A DNA stretch of 64,000 nucleotides from Candidatus Moraniibacteriota bacterium (GCA_023261645.1 JAHFOO010000001.1:67871-131870); one strand, 5' to 3'; shown: positions 1 to 9,667, numbered from the stretch's first letter. Made by a program: numbers and translations. The notes: generated by a model from the letters alone, not told the origin.

Positions 1-392
1 AGCATATACTCGTCAGTGCCGGTGCTGAGAAAGGCGGGAAAGACATACTCCTCTCTACTATGAATGGAAATGGAGGAGAATTTCAAAGCATTGCCATTCC
101 AACCATCATCTCCAAAGTCATATGGTCCAAAGATAGTAAAACCATCTACTATGCTTTACCCGGATCGCTTCCCGAAGATGCCGTTCTTCCGAATGATTAT
201 TTCGATAAGCCGATTCATACCAAGGATACATTTTGGAAGATGGATACGCTCTCGGGAAAGAAATCTCGTCTTTTGGATCTTAAAGAACTCACTCAGAACT
301 TCGATAGTTCGGACCTTTTCCTTTCACCCAATGAAGATTTTCTCTTTTTTACCGATCGCTCCACCAAGCGTCTTTATCGTATAGGGCTCTGA
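1..392 (+). CDS. C-terminal fragment of a beta-propeller (PD40/TolB-like repeat) protein; ORF is open from the window start in frame with ATG at 60
   Basis: Frame-0 translation has no stop from position 3. Repeated aromatic/Gly/Asp-rich motifs (YYALPGS, LFFTDRSTKRLYRI) resemble PD40 repeats. Confidence 0.35.
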   Translation, partial: HILVSAGAEKGGKDILLSTMNGNGGEFQSIAIPTIISKVIWSKDSKTIYYALPGSLPEDAVLPNDYFDKPIHTKDTFWKMDTLSGKKSRLLDLKELTQNFDSSDLFLSPNEDFLFFTDRSTKRLYRIGL

Positions 393-602
393 ACCTGAGC
401 TGAAAATATGTGCGGAAAAAACGGTTTTGTACGGATGTTTTTTTGGTTTCAACAGAGTTTGTATCTTGTCGCTTCAAAAGAATGAGACATCCATTCTGTG
501 CTTATCAAGCAAATCTTTCAGTGGACAGCCGTATAAAAAATATGATATACTCAGGAAAGTCTGATAGTATCCAGGAATTTTTGAACTATACTCCCTTACA
601 AT

Positions 603-1262
603 ATGATCATACAATATTACGGTGATTTTTGCTTTAAAATAAGCACAAAACCAGCAGGACGAGCTACGGAAGATATCATTATTTGGACAGATCCTCTGCA
701 AAAAGGATCAGGACTCCGTTCTCCGCAGGGACAGGTTGATATAGTGTTTTTATCTCATGGAAAGAACGCGGAAACAAAAGATGTTCTCAAAAAGGAAACC
801 ATTGTTTTTGATGCTCCGGGAGAATATGCAGCCAAAGGTATCTCCTCACTCGGCTTTCCGACCTATTCTGATACGAGCGGAGAAACAGAACGGGGACAAA
901 ATACCATTTTCATTTTTGAGAGTGAAGATATACATATCTGTTATCTGGGTGCTTTGGGACACGATATTACTCCAGAACTTTTGGATAAATTGAACGGAGT
1001 GGATATCCTCTTTATTCCCGTCGGCGGTTCCGATACGTTGGGAGCCAAAACTGCTGCTGAATTGGCACGCAAGATAGAACCGAAAATCATCATCCCGATG
1101 CATTATACGATTCCCGGGCTGACCCTTTCTTTGGAAACGGAGCAGGCCTTTTGCGACGCTATCGGCAATTGTCCGGCTCAAACGATTTCAAAACTCAACG
1201 TAAAAAAGAAAGACATAGAAGAGAAAAAAGGAGAAGTGGTTCTTTTGGAAAGAGGAATATGA
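603..1262 (+). CDS. MBL-fold metal-dependent hydrolase
   Basis: N-terminus MIIQYYGDFCFKI and LSHGKNAE motifs are typical of the metallo-beta-lactamase superfamily (UlaG/YtkL-like Zn-dependent hydrolases). Confidence 0.65.
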   Translation: MIIQYYGDFCFKISTKPAGRATEDIIIWTDPLQKGSGLRSPQGQVDIVFLSHGKNAETKDVLKKETIVFDAPGEYAAKGISSLGFPTYSDTSGETERGQNTIFIFESEDIHICYLGALGHDITPELLDKLNGVDILFIPVGGSDTLGAKTAAELARKIEPKIIIPMHYTIPGLTLSLETEQAFCDAIGNCPAQTISKLNVKKKDIEEKKGEVVLLERGI

Positions 1263-1339
1263 TGATGAGGACGGAACGCATCCGCCTCGTTTTGGTTTTT
1301 TCTCGTTATTTGCTGATATGTAAAGTTTTTGTATGAAGT

Positions 1340-1651
1340 ATGGCACGAACTTTGTGGGAGAAAATAGAATCGATTCGCGAGCAGCCTGAACATATCCGTA
1401 TGCGGTATGTCGTGGGATGCCTGATCGTTTCTATGCTCTTTATTCTCGGCATCTGGCTTCTCTCGGTAGGAGAGGGTTTCCGGAATATCAGCAAGGAAGC
1501 TTCGGATGCCACGATGCAAGGAGGAGAACTTATGCCGAAAGACCAGGTTCCATCACTGAATGATCTGCTCGAACAAGCAAAACCGCTCCGTGTCGACAAT
1601 CAGAATGGACAGACGGACACGAATTATTTCAACGAACAAGAAAAAAAATAG
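1340..1651 (+). CDS. small hypothetical membrane protein
   Basis: ORF with one predicted TM helix (VVGCLIVSMLFILGIWLLSV). No recognisable domain. Confidence 0.35.
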   Translation: MARTLWEKIESIREQPEHIRMRYVVGCLIVSMLFILGIWLLSVGEGFRNISKEASDATMQGGELMPKDQVPSLNDLLEQAKPLRVDNQNGQTDTNYFNEQEKK

Positions 1652-1688
1652 ATGAAAGTTTGTATAATCAAGTGAGAGAGATTACCAT

Positions 1689-1769
1689 ATGCAAGAAAAA
1701 GCTTTTCATGACGGAAAAATCGAAGAACGCTCCATAACGGAGGAGGTAAGACAATCGTATCTCGACTAA
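1689..1769 (+). other. gyrA: GyrA N-terminal arm fragment (26 codons), separated from the gyrA body by an in-frame TAA at 1767-1769
   Basis: Translation MQEKAFHDGKIEERSITEEVRQSYLD* aligns to E. coli GyrA residues 13-26 (NIEEELKSSYLDY). It is in the same frame as the downstream gyrA ORF. Confidence 0.6.
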
Positions 1770-1772
1770 GCA

Positions 1773-4136
1773 ATGAGCGTTATCGTCGCCCGAGCATTGC
1801 CTGATGTGCGTGATGGATTGAAGCCGGTACATCGTCGCATCTTGTATTCTATGTGGTCGAGTGGACTGCGTTCTACATCCAAGTTTCGCAAATCAGCTAC
1901 CGTTGTTGGAGAAGTGCTGGGAAAATATCACCCGCATGGTGACAGCGCCGTGTATGACACGATGGTGCGCTTGGCACAGGACTTTTCTCTCCGTTATCCG
2001 CTCGTGTGGGGACAAGGAAACTTCGGATCGATGGATGGCGACAGTGCTGCTGCTTATCGTTACACTGAAGCCAAGCTGAAGGCTATTGCAGAAGAGATGC
2101 TCCTCGATATCGACAAAGACACGGTGGATTTCATTCCGAACTTCGATGGTATGCATGAGGAACCGCTGGTCTTGCCCGCGAAACTTCCACAACTTCTGCT
2201 CAATGGAACAGTCGGTATCGCTGTCGGTATGGCTACCAATATTCCTCCGCATAACTTGAATGAATTGGTAGACGGTATCTGTCATCTGATCGAATTTCCC
2301 GAAGCGACCGTCGATGATCTGATGCAATTCATCAAGGGACCTGATTTTCCGACAGGGGGAACGATTTATAATACGAAAGACATCCGTGAAGCCTACGCTA
2401 CCGGCAAGGGGCCGATTTTGGCACGAGCAAAAACTGAGATAGTGGAGAATAAGAGCGGACAGTTCCAGATTATCGTCACAGAAATGACGTATGCCACCAA
2501 TAAATCATCGCTCATTATGAAAATCGCCGATTTGGTGAAAGATGATAAACTTCAGGGCATCAAAGATTTGCGGGACGAGTCTGACAGGAATGGCGTTCGT
2601 ATCGTAATCGACTTGAAAAAGGACGCGTTTCCTCAGAAGGTACTGAACAAGCTCTACCAGATGACTGATCTGCAGAAAAATTTCAACGTCAATATGCTGG
2701 CGCTCGTCGATGGTGTCGACCCTCAGATTCTTACTTTGAAGGCTATCTTGGAACACTACATCAAGCACCGGGAAATAGTGGTGGTGCGACGGACGGAACA
2801 TGACTTGAAGAAAAATAAAGAGCGTGCGCATATCTTGGAAGGTTTGAAAAAAGCATTGGACTTCATCGATGCTGTCATCGAAACCATTCGCAAGTCGTCG
2901 ACGAAAGAAGAAGCACACACGAATCTGATGAAAAAATTCAAGCTGTCCGATCTCCAATCGACAGCCATTCTTGAGATGCGACTTCAAACGTTGGCCGGAT
3001 TGGAACGCAAGAAAATCGAAGATGAGTTGGCAGAAAAAATGAAATTGATCGCATATCTCGAAGATCTGCTCAAGCATCGCAAGAAGATTCTGGCCCTGGT
3101 GAAAAGCGAGCTCGTTGAAGTAAGAGACAAGTTCGGTGATGAGCGCAGGACGAAGGTGATCAAGACCGGCGTGACCGAATTCAAACAGGAAGATTTGATT
3201 CCCAATGATGAGGCCATTATCACGCTCACCGAAGACGGCTATATCAAGCGGATGAATCCGAGCGTTTATCGTGTGCAGAAACGTGGAGGTAAAGGAGTAA
3301 TCGGTGCGACGACCAAAGAAGAGGATCGCATCGCCCAGGTACTTTCCATCGAGATGCATGATAACCTGATGTTTTTCACGAATACTGGGAAAGTATTCCA
3401 GACCAAGGCATATGAAATTCCCGAGTCGACTCGTACTTCCAAAGGGCAGGCCATTGTGAACTTTTTGCAGGTTGCGCAGGCAGAGAAGATTACAGCGATG
3501 ATCGCTTTCAACAACAATGATGCCTTCAAATATCTCTTTATGGCGACAGAAAACGGAACGATCAAAAAAACGAAACTTGAAGACTTTGAAAATGTGCGCC
3601 GGAGCGGTCTCATCGCTATCGGTCTCGACAAGGGTGATACGCTGGGCTGGGTCAGCCCGACGACGGGAGCCGATGATGTAGTGCTCACCACCAATGATGG
3701 CCAGGCTATCCGTTTCAAAGAAACGGATGTTCGTCCGATGGGACGCAATGCTTCCGGTGTCCGCGGGATGAAACTGAAGAACATAGACAAGATTGTCGGT
3801 ATGGATATTCTTCCCAAGGATGTGAAAGGATTGGAACTGCTTATTCTCTCACAGAATGGTTTTGGTAAGAGAAGCGAGATGAAATCCTACAAGGTTCAGA
3901 AACGTGGCGGTTCCGGTATCAAAACAATGAAGATAACTTCAAAAACAGGAAAACTCGTGGGAGCGACCGTGACCAGTATGGCAGACATCGAAAGCGATCT
4001 GATTCTTACTTCGGAAAAAGGAACTATCATTCGCGTGCCATTCAAAAGTGTTCCTCTTCTCGGAAGAGTGACTCAGGGGGTGCGTGTGATGAAACCGCAA
4101 TCAGGCGACGGTGTTGCCGCCTTCACTGTTCTGTAA
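1773..4136 (+). CDS. gyrA: DNA gyrase subunit A (body, starting at the conserved internal Met)
   Basis: Begins [27 protein letters not shown] (canonical GyrA). Active-site region and C-terminal beta-pinwheel repeats are present. 787 aa. Confidence 0.95.
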   Translation: MSVIVARALPDVRDGLKPVHRRILYSMWSSGLRSTSKFRKSATVVGEVLGKYHPHGDSAVYDTMVRLAQDFSLRYPLVWGQGNFGSMDGDSAAAYRYTEAKLKAIAEEMLLDIDKDTVDFIPNFDGMHEEPLVLPAKLPQLLLNGTVGIAVGMATNIPPHNLNELVDGICHLIEFPEATVDDLMQFIKGPDFPTGGTIYNTKDIREAYATGKGPILARAKTEIVENKSGQFQIIVTEMTYATNKSSLIMKIADLVKDDKLQGIKDLRDESDRNGVRIVIDLKKDAFPQKVLNKLYQMTDLQKNFNVNMLALVDGVDPQILTLKAILEHYIKHREIVVVRRTEHDLKKNKERAHILEGLKKALDFIDAVIETIRKSSTKEEAHTNLMKKFKLSDLQSTAILEMRLQTLAGLERKKIEDELAEKMKLIAYLEDLLKHRKKILALVKSELVEVRDKFGDERRTKVIKTGVTEFKQEDLIPNDEAIITLTEDGYIKRMNPSVYRVQKRGGKGVIGATTKEEDRIAQVLSIEMHDNLMFFTNTGKVFQTKAYEIPESTRTSKGQAIVNFLQVAQAEKITAMIAFNNNDAFKYLFMATENGTIKKTKLEDFENVRRSGLIAIGLDKGDTLGWVSPTTGADDVVLTTNDGQAIRFKETDVRPMGRNASGVRGMKLKNIDKIVGMDILPKDVKGLELLILSQNGFGKRSEMKSYKVQKRGGSGIKTMKITSKTGKLVGATVTSMADIESDLILTSEKGTIIRVPFKSVPLLGRVTQGVRVMKPQSGDGVAAFTVL

Positions 4137-4161
4137 AGGAAAAACCAATAAGAGATTTTTT

Positions 4162-5352
4162 ATGGACTCTTTTAGTGCATTGAAACCGAGAAGAAAAACA
4201 CGCGTCGTGAATGTCGGTGACATAGGAATCGGAGGAGACAATCCTATTCGAGTACAGACGATGACGAATACCGATACGCTTGATATCGTTTCTACCGTCG
4301 CTCAAATCAAGTCCTGTGTGCAGGCTGGAACGGAACTTATTCGTTTGACTACGCCTACTCCGAAACATGCCCAGGCGCTTGGTCTCATCCGAGAGATGCT
4401 TCTTGCAGACGGAGTATCCGTACCGCTTATCGCCGATATTCATTTTCTACCGGCGGCAGCTTTTGAAGCCTTGAAATGGGCAGATAAAGTCCGCCTCAAT
4501 CCTGGAAACCTGCTGGATGGAAAGATTTTCCGTACGCTCGAATTCAACGACGCGAGTTATGCCAAGGAAATAGAGCGCATCGAAGAAAATCTTCTGCCAT
4601 TCATAGAAGCTGCGAAAGAATCCGGGAAAGCGCTCCGTATCGGTTGCAATCATGGGTCGCTCTCCGATCGCGTCCTCTCTCGTTTCGGTGACACACCTTT
4701 CGGAATGGTAGAATCAACGATGGAATATCTGCGTATTTTCAAGAAGCACGAGTTCAATGATATTGTTGTTGCCTTGAAAGCATCCGATCCTCTCATAATG
4801 ATCGAATCCAATCGTTTGCTCATCGATACGATGAACAAGGAGGAAATGGATTACCCCATCCATCTGGGAGTGACAGAGGCAGGCAATGGTGAGGAAGGCC
4901 GAGCAAAATCGACGCTTGGCATCGGAACCTTGCTCTTGGAAGGCATCGGAGATACGGTGCGTGTTTCATTGACAGAAGACCCTGTGAAAGAAATCCCTAC
5001 CTGCTATGGAATCCTCCAGGCGACACACAGACGTATCACGAGAACAGAATTCATTTCTTGCCCATCCTGCGGGCGGACGCTCTTCGATATTGAGCCGGTT
5101 ACGAATATTATCAAAGAACGAATGGGACACTTGAAGGGTTTGCGAATCGCTGTGATGGGCTGTATCGTCAATGGTCTCGGGGAGATGGCGGATGCTGATT
5201 ATGGATATGTCGGTGGTATGCATGGTCAAGTGAGTCTCTATCGTAAGAAAGAATTGGTGAAACGCAGTGTCCCGGAAAAAGAAGCGGTAGATGAACTGAT
5301 CAATCTCATCAAATCTGACGGTCTGTGGATCGAAGAGAAAGGAAAAAAATAA
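4162..5352 (+). CDS. ispG: 4-hydroxy-3-methylbut-2-enyl diphosphate synthase
   Basis: Colinear with IspG/GcpE throughout: RKTRVVNVGDIGIGGDNPIRVQTMTNT, ADIHF, NPGN, and C-terminal CPSCGR and GCIVNG motifs. Likely start is ATG 4162 (MDSFSAL). Confidence 0.9.
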   Translation: MDSFSALKPRRKTRVVNVGDIGIGGDNPIRVQTMTNTDTLDIVSTVAQIKSCVQAGTELIRLTTPTPKHAQALGLIREMLLADGVSVPLIADIHFLPAAAFEALKWADKVRLNPGNLLDGKIFRTLEFNDASYAKEIERIEENLLPFIEAAKESGKALRIGCNHGSLSDRVLSRFGDTPFGMVESTMEYLRIFKKHEFNDIVVALKASDPLIMIESNRLLIDTMNKEEMDYPIHLGVTEAGNGEEGRAKSTLGIGTLLLEGIGDTVRVSLTEDPVKEIPTCYGILQATHRRITRTEFISCPSCGRTLFDIEPVTNIIKERMGHLKGLRIAVMGCIVNGLGEMADADYGYVGGMHGQVSLYRKKELVKRSVPEKEAVDELINLIKSDGLWIEEKGKK

Positions 5353-5357
5353 ATTGA

Positions 5358-5392
5358 AAACGGCTCGAGACATTGCTTGAGCCGTTTTTTTT
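5358..5392 (+). terminator. intrinsic terminator after ispG
   Basis: Hairpin CGGCTCGAG-acattg-CTTGAGCCG followed by T8. Confidence 0.7.
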
Positions 5393-5415
5393 GTTGCTTC
5401 TGCTGTTTGGCAGTT

Positions 5416-5796
5416 TCAATGTACCATCACGGTATAGACGATACTGCCAATACCCAGAGTATGCTTACCACTCATCCTTGTAATGATAATTTTGTCACCG
5501 GGAGACACGATATGCCTGCCCTTGGTGATTTTGAAGTTTGCCTGAAGAATGACAGATAATACATTGAAACTTGCCTGGATGCACTCTCCGTCGGGGAAGC
5601 ACTTTTCCAAGATGCGTCGTGGTGCTGATCCCAAGAGCCGATGCTTGTTGATCACCGGATGTTCGTTGTCGACGATGATCCCTCCCCACTTACGTTGGTA
5701 GTGGTTTTTCAAATGTAAACAGGGAATGCTTGCTGTTATTACTCTGCTATCAGTCATTGACTGCTCCTTATTATTTTTGTCCTCGGATTGGGACAC
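5416..5796 (-). CDS. hypothetical protein (126 aa)
   Basis: Clean ORF between terminators. No domain recognised. Confidence 0.35.
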   Translation of the reverse strand: MSQSEDKNNKEQSMTDSRVITASIPCLHLKNHYQRKWGGIIVDNEHPVINKHRLLGSAPRRILEKCFPDGECIQASFNVLSVILQANFKITKGRHIVSPGDKIIITRMSGKHTLGIGSIVYTVMVH

Positions 5797-5834
5797 TTCA
5801 ATAAAACATTTCTTCTGAAAAAAGTCAAATATTT

Positions 5835-5958
5835 ACCCTCGACACCAAATGAGCTTCATTTTCTGAAAGTATACTTATATGTTGAACAAATGTGCTTTTA
5901 GTGGGAGTTCAGTATAATTTTCTTTGTTATTCTATTAAAGCTCATTTGGTGTGAGGGC
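5835..5958. repeat. 20-bp inverted repeat pair flanking ~83 bp, upstream of rpsO; encloses a TATAAT box (~5913-5918)
   Basis: Left arm ACCCTCGACACCAAATGAGCT (5835-5855). Right arm AGCTCATTTGGTGTGAGGGC (5939-5958). 19/20 complementary with one bulge. Confidence 0.5.
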
Positions 5959-6066
5959 TTGCCAAAAAGATAAGAGTATGGTATTTTTCGTAAGTAATAT
6001 ATTTATTGTATGTAGCGTACGTTGGTGAGAAAGGGTTTTCGCACGAACGTATTGCCGAACAAAGTT

Positions 6067-6333
6067 ATGGCGCTGACACACAAACAGAAGGAGAAAGTGA
6101 CAGGAGAAGTGAAACGTCACGACAAAGATACCGGATCACCGGAATATCAGATCGCACTCTTTACCGAACAGATCAAGAAGCTGACGGTACATTTGAAAAA
6201 GAACAAGAAGGATTTTCATTCTCGTCGCGGACTACTCAAGATGGTTTCCAAAAGAAAGAAATTGATGAGTTATCTGGAGAAAACGAATGAGAAATCATAC
6301 AAAGAAGTCATTAAAACTCTTGGTCTTAAATAA
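6067..6333 (+). CDS. rpsO: 30S ribosomal protein S15
   Basis: MALTHKQKEKV...HSRRGLLKMVSKRKKLMSYL is typical S15. Start taken at the internal ATG 6067. Confidence 0.9.
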   Translation: MALTHKQKEKVTGEVKRHDKDTGSPEYQIALFTEQIKKLTVHLKKNKKDFHSRRGLLKMVSKRKKLMSYLEKTNEKSYKEVIKTLGLK

Positions 6334-6360
6334 GTCATCCTCATCATTTATTTTTAGTGA

Positions 6361-6876
6361 TTGGCTGTTGATACTATTATGGCAAAGTTTGCAGAACAGA
6401 GAGTAGGAGTTTTGGTTGATATTCAGAATTTGTATTATAGCGCGCGGGTGCTCTACAGCAAAAAAGTGAATTTCAAGAACGTACTTTTGGCTGCTACCAG
6501 CGAACGGAAGCTTATCCGTGCCATTGCATATGGTATCAAGACCGTCGAAGCGACAGAGGAAAAATTCTTCGAGGCACTTGAGAAGAGCGGTTTCGAGGTG
6601 AAGACGAAGGATCTCCAGATTTTCCCTGATGGTTCGAAAAAAGGGGATTGGGACGTCGGAATTGCCGTCGATGCGATAAAAATGGCCGCAAAGTTGGACG
6701 TAGTCGTGATCGTGTCAGGTGATGGAGACTATGTATCGCTTGTAGAGTATATCCAAAGTATCAGTGGTTGCCGTGTCGAGGCAATTGCCTTCGCAGAATC
6801 TGCCAGTCAGAAACTCGTCGAGAAAGTGGATGATTTCATCAATCTTTCTGAAAATAAGAAAAGGTTTTTGATATAG
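6361..6876 (+). CDS. NYN (LabA-like) domain protein
   Basis: VGVLVDIQNLYYS ... VVIVSGDGDY motifs of NYN/LabA PIN-like nucleases. Confidence 0.7.
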   Translation: MAVDTIMAKFAEQRVGVLVDIQNLYYSARVLYSKKVNFKNVLLAATSERKLIRAIAYGIKTVEATEEKFFEALEKSGFEVKTKDLQIFPDGSKKGDWDVGIAVDAIKMAAKLDVVVIVSGDGDYVSLVEYIQSISGCRVEAIAFAESASQKLVEKVDDFINLSENKKRFLI

Positions 6877-6897
6877 TCTCTTGCAGAAAAGACAAGG

Positions 6898-6928
6898 AAA
6901 AGTTCCAAATTTTTTGGAACTTTTTTTG
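6898..6928 (+). terminator. intrinsic terminator after the NYN gene
   Basis: AAGTTCCAAA-tttt-TTTGGAACTT followed by T7. Confidence 0.7.
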
Positions 6929-6936
6929 TTTTTTAT

Positions 6937-7065
6937 CACAAGCAATCTTCCTGGAGGCCATTCATTCGTCCTGCGACGAATTTCTCTTATGGAGTCTTTT
7001 CGATCCATCGAAGACGATGGAACCGTGCTCGAAAACCCTCCAACTCCTCCAGAAAAATTCTTGTG
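6937..7065 (+). ncRNA. candidate structured RNA or repeat element, copy 1 (unclassified)
   Basis: ~129 nt. Closing stem CACAAG...CTGGAGG / CCTCCAG...CTTGTG. Internal hairpins ATTCGTC-ctgc-GACGAAT and CCATCG-aaga-CGATGG. A second copy at 11742-11909 shows compensatory changes in all three helices. Confidence 0.45.
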
Positions 7066-7105
7066 AAAAAAATGAATCTCAAATCATAATCTACCCGAAA
7101 ATTAT

Positions 7106-7134
7106 TGACAAAAATGGATTTTTTCGGTACAGTA
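7106..7134 (+). promoter_or_regulatory. putative sigma70-type promoter (TTGACA-17-TACAGT) driving the pnp leader
   Basis: Sequence match only. Confidence 0.35.
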
Positions 7135-7137
7135 TCA

Positions 7138-7319
7138 GAGCCAGTTCAAAATCTGATGTCGAGAGAAAGGTTTCTGATTTCGAGATGAAAATTATGCAGA
7201 GTGCGAAGGCCTATCGTGATAAGCCGACAATCGATAAGTAATTTTCAGCCGAAATCAGGGACTTTTATCCGGCAAGTAGTATTGATTTTAACTTATACGT
7301 TCAGATTTTGAACTGGCTC
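7138..7319 (+). promoter_or_regulatory. long-range inverted repeat (19-bp perfect arms, 144-nt spacer) in the pnp 5' leader
   Basis: GAGCCAGTTCAAAATCTGA (7138-7156) against TCAGATTTTGAACTGGCTC (7301-7319). Nested inner pairing CTGATTTCG / CGAAATCAG. Confidence 0.5.
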
Positions 7320-7477
7320 TAGAGTAGATATATTCATTAACAACCTGTTTTTTGCCAAGAAATGTTCTCAAAAGAGTTCAAATCTCAAAGATCAAAGCGT
7401 GAAAATATTTTACTTTTTGACTTTTGCGTTTTGGATTTCTTTTTGTCTCTTTTCTTGTCTTGATACGGGTACATTGT

Positions 7478-9607
7478 ATGCAAGAAGAAAAGAAATGGTC
7501 TCTCCAGTTGGGAGGGCGTGAGCTCATCATTACAACAGGACTCTTGGCGGAGCAGGCCAATGGATCCGTGACAGTTCGTTATGGTGATACGGTCATTCTC
7601 GCAACAGCGACGATGAGCAAAGGCGCATCGAAGATCACCGGGTATTTCCCCTTGATGGTGGATTTCGAAGAGCGTTATTATGCTGCAGGAAAAATCAAGG
7701 GATCACGATTCATCAAACGTGAAGGTCGTCCTTCTGATGATTCCATTTTGGCAGGCCGTGCCGTCGATCGCACTATTCGTCCCTTGTTTGATAGTCGGAT
7801 GCGCAATGAAGTGCAGGTCGTTGTGACGACGCTTTCGTACGATGGTGAGAACAATTCCGATACGGTAGCGATGATTGCTGCTTCTGCCGCGCTCAGCCTC
7901 TCTGATATTCCTTGGAATGGCCCGATTGGTGCCGTGCGTGTCGGTATGGCAGATGATGGAACGCTCATACTCAATCCGAACTCTGAAGAATGTAAGGGAA
8001 GTGCTCTCGACCTTCTTCTTGCCGGCACCAAAGACAAGATCAATATGATAGAGGCCGGTGGAAATGAGATTTTGGAAGAGAAGATGGTAGAGGCATTTGA
8101 ATTCGGATTTACAGCCATTCAGAAAATAACCCAATTCATTGAAGCCATCCGTACCGAAGCCGGCAAGATCAAGGTTATCCCGGCATTGCTTCGTGGATCG
8201 GATGAATTTGAAACAGCAGTGAAAAAAGCTTTCTTGGACGGAGGTATAAGTGATGTTCTATATTTGTTGCCGAAGAAAGTGATGGAAGAAGCCTCTTCAA
8301 CTTTGTCTGCCAAAGTATCACAGTGGGCGAAAGAGGCCTTTCCACAACAAGAGTCTCTTGGAGAATTGCTTTCCCTCATTTCTGATGAAGCGGCCGACGA
8401 AATCGTCCACGAAAATATTCTGCAACACGAAAAGCGTCCTGATGGCCGAAAATTGACGGAGATTCGTCCTATCTGGTGTAAAGTCGGTATTCTTCCACGT
8501 ACACACGGAACAGGATTGTTCTCTCGCGGAGAAACACAGGCTCTGACCGTAACAACGCTTGGTGCTCCTGGCGATGAGATGGTTGTGGATACGATGGAAA
8601 CCGACGAGAAGAAACGCTATATCCATTTCTACAACTTTCCTCCATATTCCGTAGGAGAAGTGAGACCTATGCGCGGTCCCGGACGACGAGAAATCGGACA
8701 CGGAATGCTGGCAGAAAAAGCTTTGATCCCTGTTCTTCCTTCTCGTGAAGAATTCCCTTACACGATTATTCTCGTTTCAGAAGTGCTTTCTTCGAACGGA
8801 TCTTCTTCTATGGCTTCGACCTGCGGTTCCACTCTTTCTCTGATGGATGCCGGTGTGCCAATCAAGAAGCCGGTATCGGGTATCGCGATGGGTGTTATCG
8901 TCGGAAAAAATGGTGAATACAAGATATTGACCGATATTCAAGGACTGGAAGATCATTATGGCGATATGGACTTCAAAGTAACCGGAACCAAAGATGGCAT
9001 TACTGCAATGCAGATGGATGTGAAGATTGATGGACTGACACCGGAAGTACTCCGTGTGGCTGTGGCGCAGGCTAAAGTGGCTCGATTGGAAATAATGGAG
9101 AAGATGCTTGCAGTCATCCCTGAACCACGGAAAACAATGTCTCCGTATGCTCCTCGCATTATCACGCTTCATATCAATCCGGAGAAAATCCGTGATGTCA
9201 TCGGCCCTGGTGGCAAGGTAATCAATCAGATTATCGATGAGACAGGCGTTTCTATCGATATCGAAGACGATGGATCGGTATTCATCACTTCGGCCGATGA
9301 AACAAGCGCTGCCAAGGCGGTTGAATGGGTGAATAATATCACTCGTGAAGTCAAAGCAGGAGAACTGTTCCAGGCTCGTATTACACGTATTATGAATTTT
9401 GGAGCATTCGCAGAAGTATTGCCGAACCAAGAAGGGTTGATCCATATTTCTGAGTTGGCTGATAGTCGCGTGGAAAATGTGGAAGACGTCGTGCATGTGG
9501 GAGATATCGTGCCTGTCATCGTGAAAGAAATCGATAATCAAGGACGTATCAATCTTTCTCACAAAGCCGCTCTTCATCAGATGAGCGAAGAGAAGAAAGA
9601 GTCTTAG
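7478..9607 (+). CDS. pnp: polynucleotide phosphorylase
   Basis: RNase PH domains x2, KH (GPGGKVINQIIDETG) and S1 (GELFQARITRIMNFGAFAEV) domains. Likely start is MQEEKKWSLQ at 7478. Confidence 0.95.
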   Translation: MQEEKKWSLQLGGRELIITTGLLAEQANGSVTVRYGDTVILATATMSKGASKITGYFPLMVDFEERYYAAGKIKGSRFIKREGRPSDDSILAGRAVDRTIRPLFDSRMRNEVQVVVTTLSYDGENNSDTVAMIAASAALSLSDIPWNGPIGAVRVGMADDGTLILNPNSEECKGSALDLLLAGTKDKINMIEAGGNEILEEKMVEAFEFGFTAIQKITQFIEAIRTEAGKIKVIPALLRGSDEFETAVKKAFLDGGISDVLYLLPKKVMEEASSTLSAKVSQWAKEAFPQQESLGELLSLISDEAADEIVHENILQHEKRPDGRKLTEIRPIWCKVGILPRTHGTGLFSRGETQALTVTTLGAPGDEMVVDTMETDEKKRYIHFYNFPPYSVGEVRPMRGPGRREIGHGMLAEKALIPVLPSREEFPYTIILVSEVLSSNGSSSMASTCGSTLSLMDAGVPIKKPVSGIAMGVIVGKNGEYKILTDIQGLEDHYGDMDFKVTGTKDGITAMQMDVKIDGLTPEVLRVAVAQAKVARLEIMEKMLAVIPEPRKTMSPYAPRIITLHINPEKIRDVIGPGGKVINQIIDETGVSIDIEDDGSVFITSADETSAAKAVEWVNNITREVKAGELFQARITRIMNFGAFAEVLPNQEGLIHISELADSRVENVEDVVHVGDIVPVIVKEIDNQGRINLSHKAALHQMSEEKKES

Positions 9608-9631
9608 TGCAAAAAAAATAGTTTCGTGTAT

Positions 9632-9667
9632 AATAGAAGGGAGGAAATTCCCTTCTATTATTTTTTG
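9632..9667 (+). terminator. intrinsic terminator after pnp
   Basis: AATAGAAGGGA-ggaaat-TCCCTTCTATT followed by T7. Confidence 0.7.

Noticed and set aside
2505-3817. Long antisense ORFs inside gyrA, and similarly inside pcrA (20455-21129), the adhesin (36085-36711), the UbiA-like gene (18163-18615) and the ABC genes (51558-52161)
   Set aside because: They lie antisense to strongly conserved genes, with Ser/Arg/Leu-rich composition typical of shadow ORFs.
4111-4161. ispG start at 4111 as in the ORF track (overlapping the gyrA end)
   Set aside because: Homology to IspG begins at MDSFSALKPRRKTRV (ATG 4162). The upstream extension is unconserved.
6881-7241. Track ORFs 6881-7066 and 7017-7241 as protein-coding genes
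   Set aside because: They overlap the conserved RNA-like structured element and the pnp leader hairpin. They have no RBS and low coding character. The conserved ATG-led peptide is noted in the findings as an alternative only.
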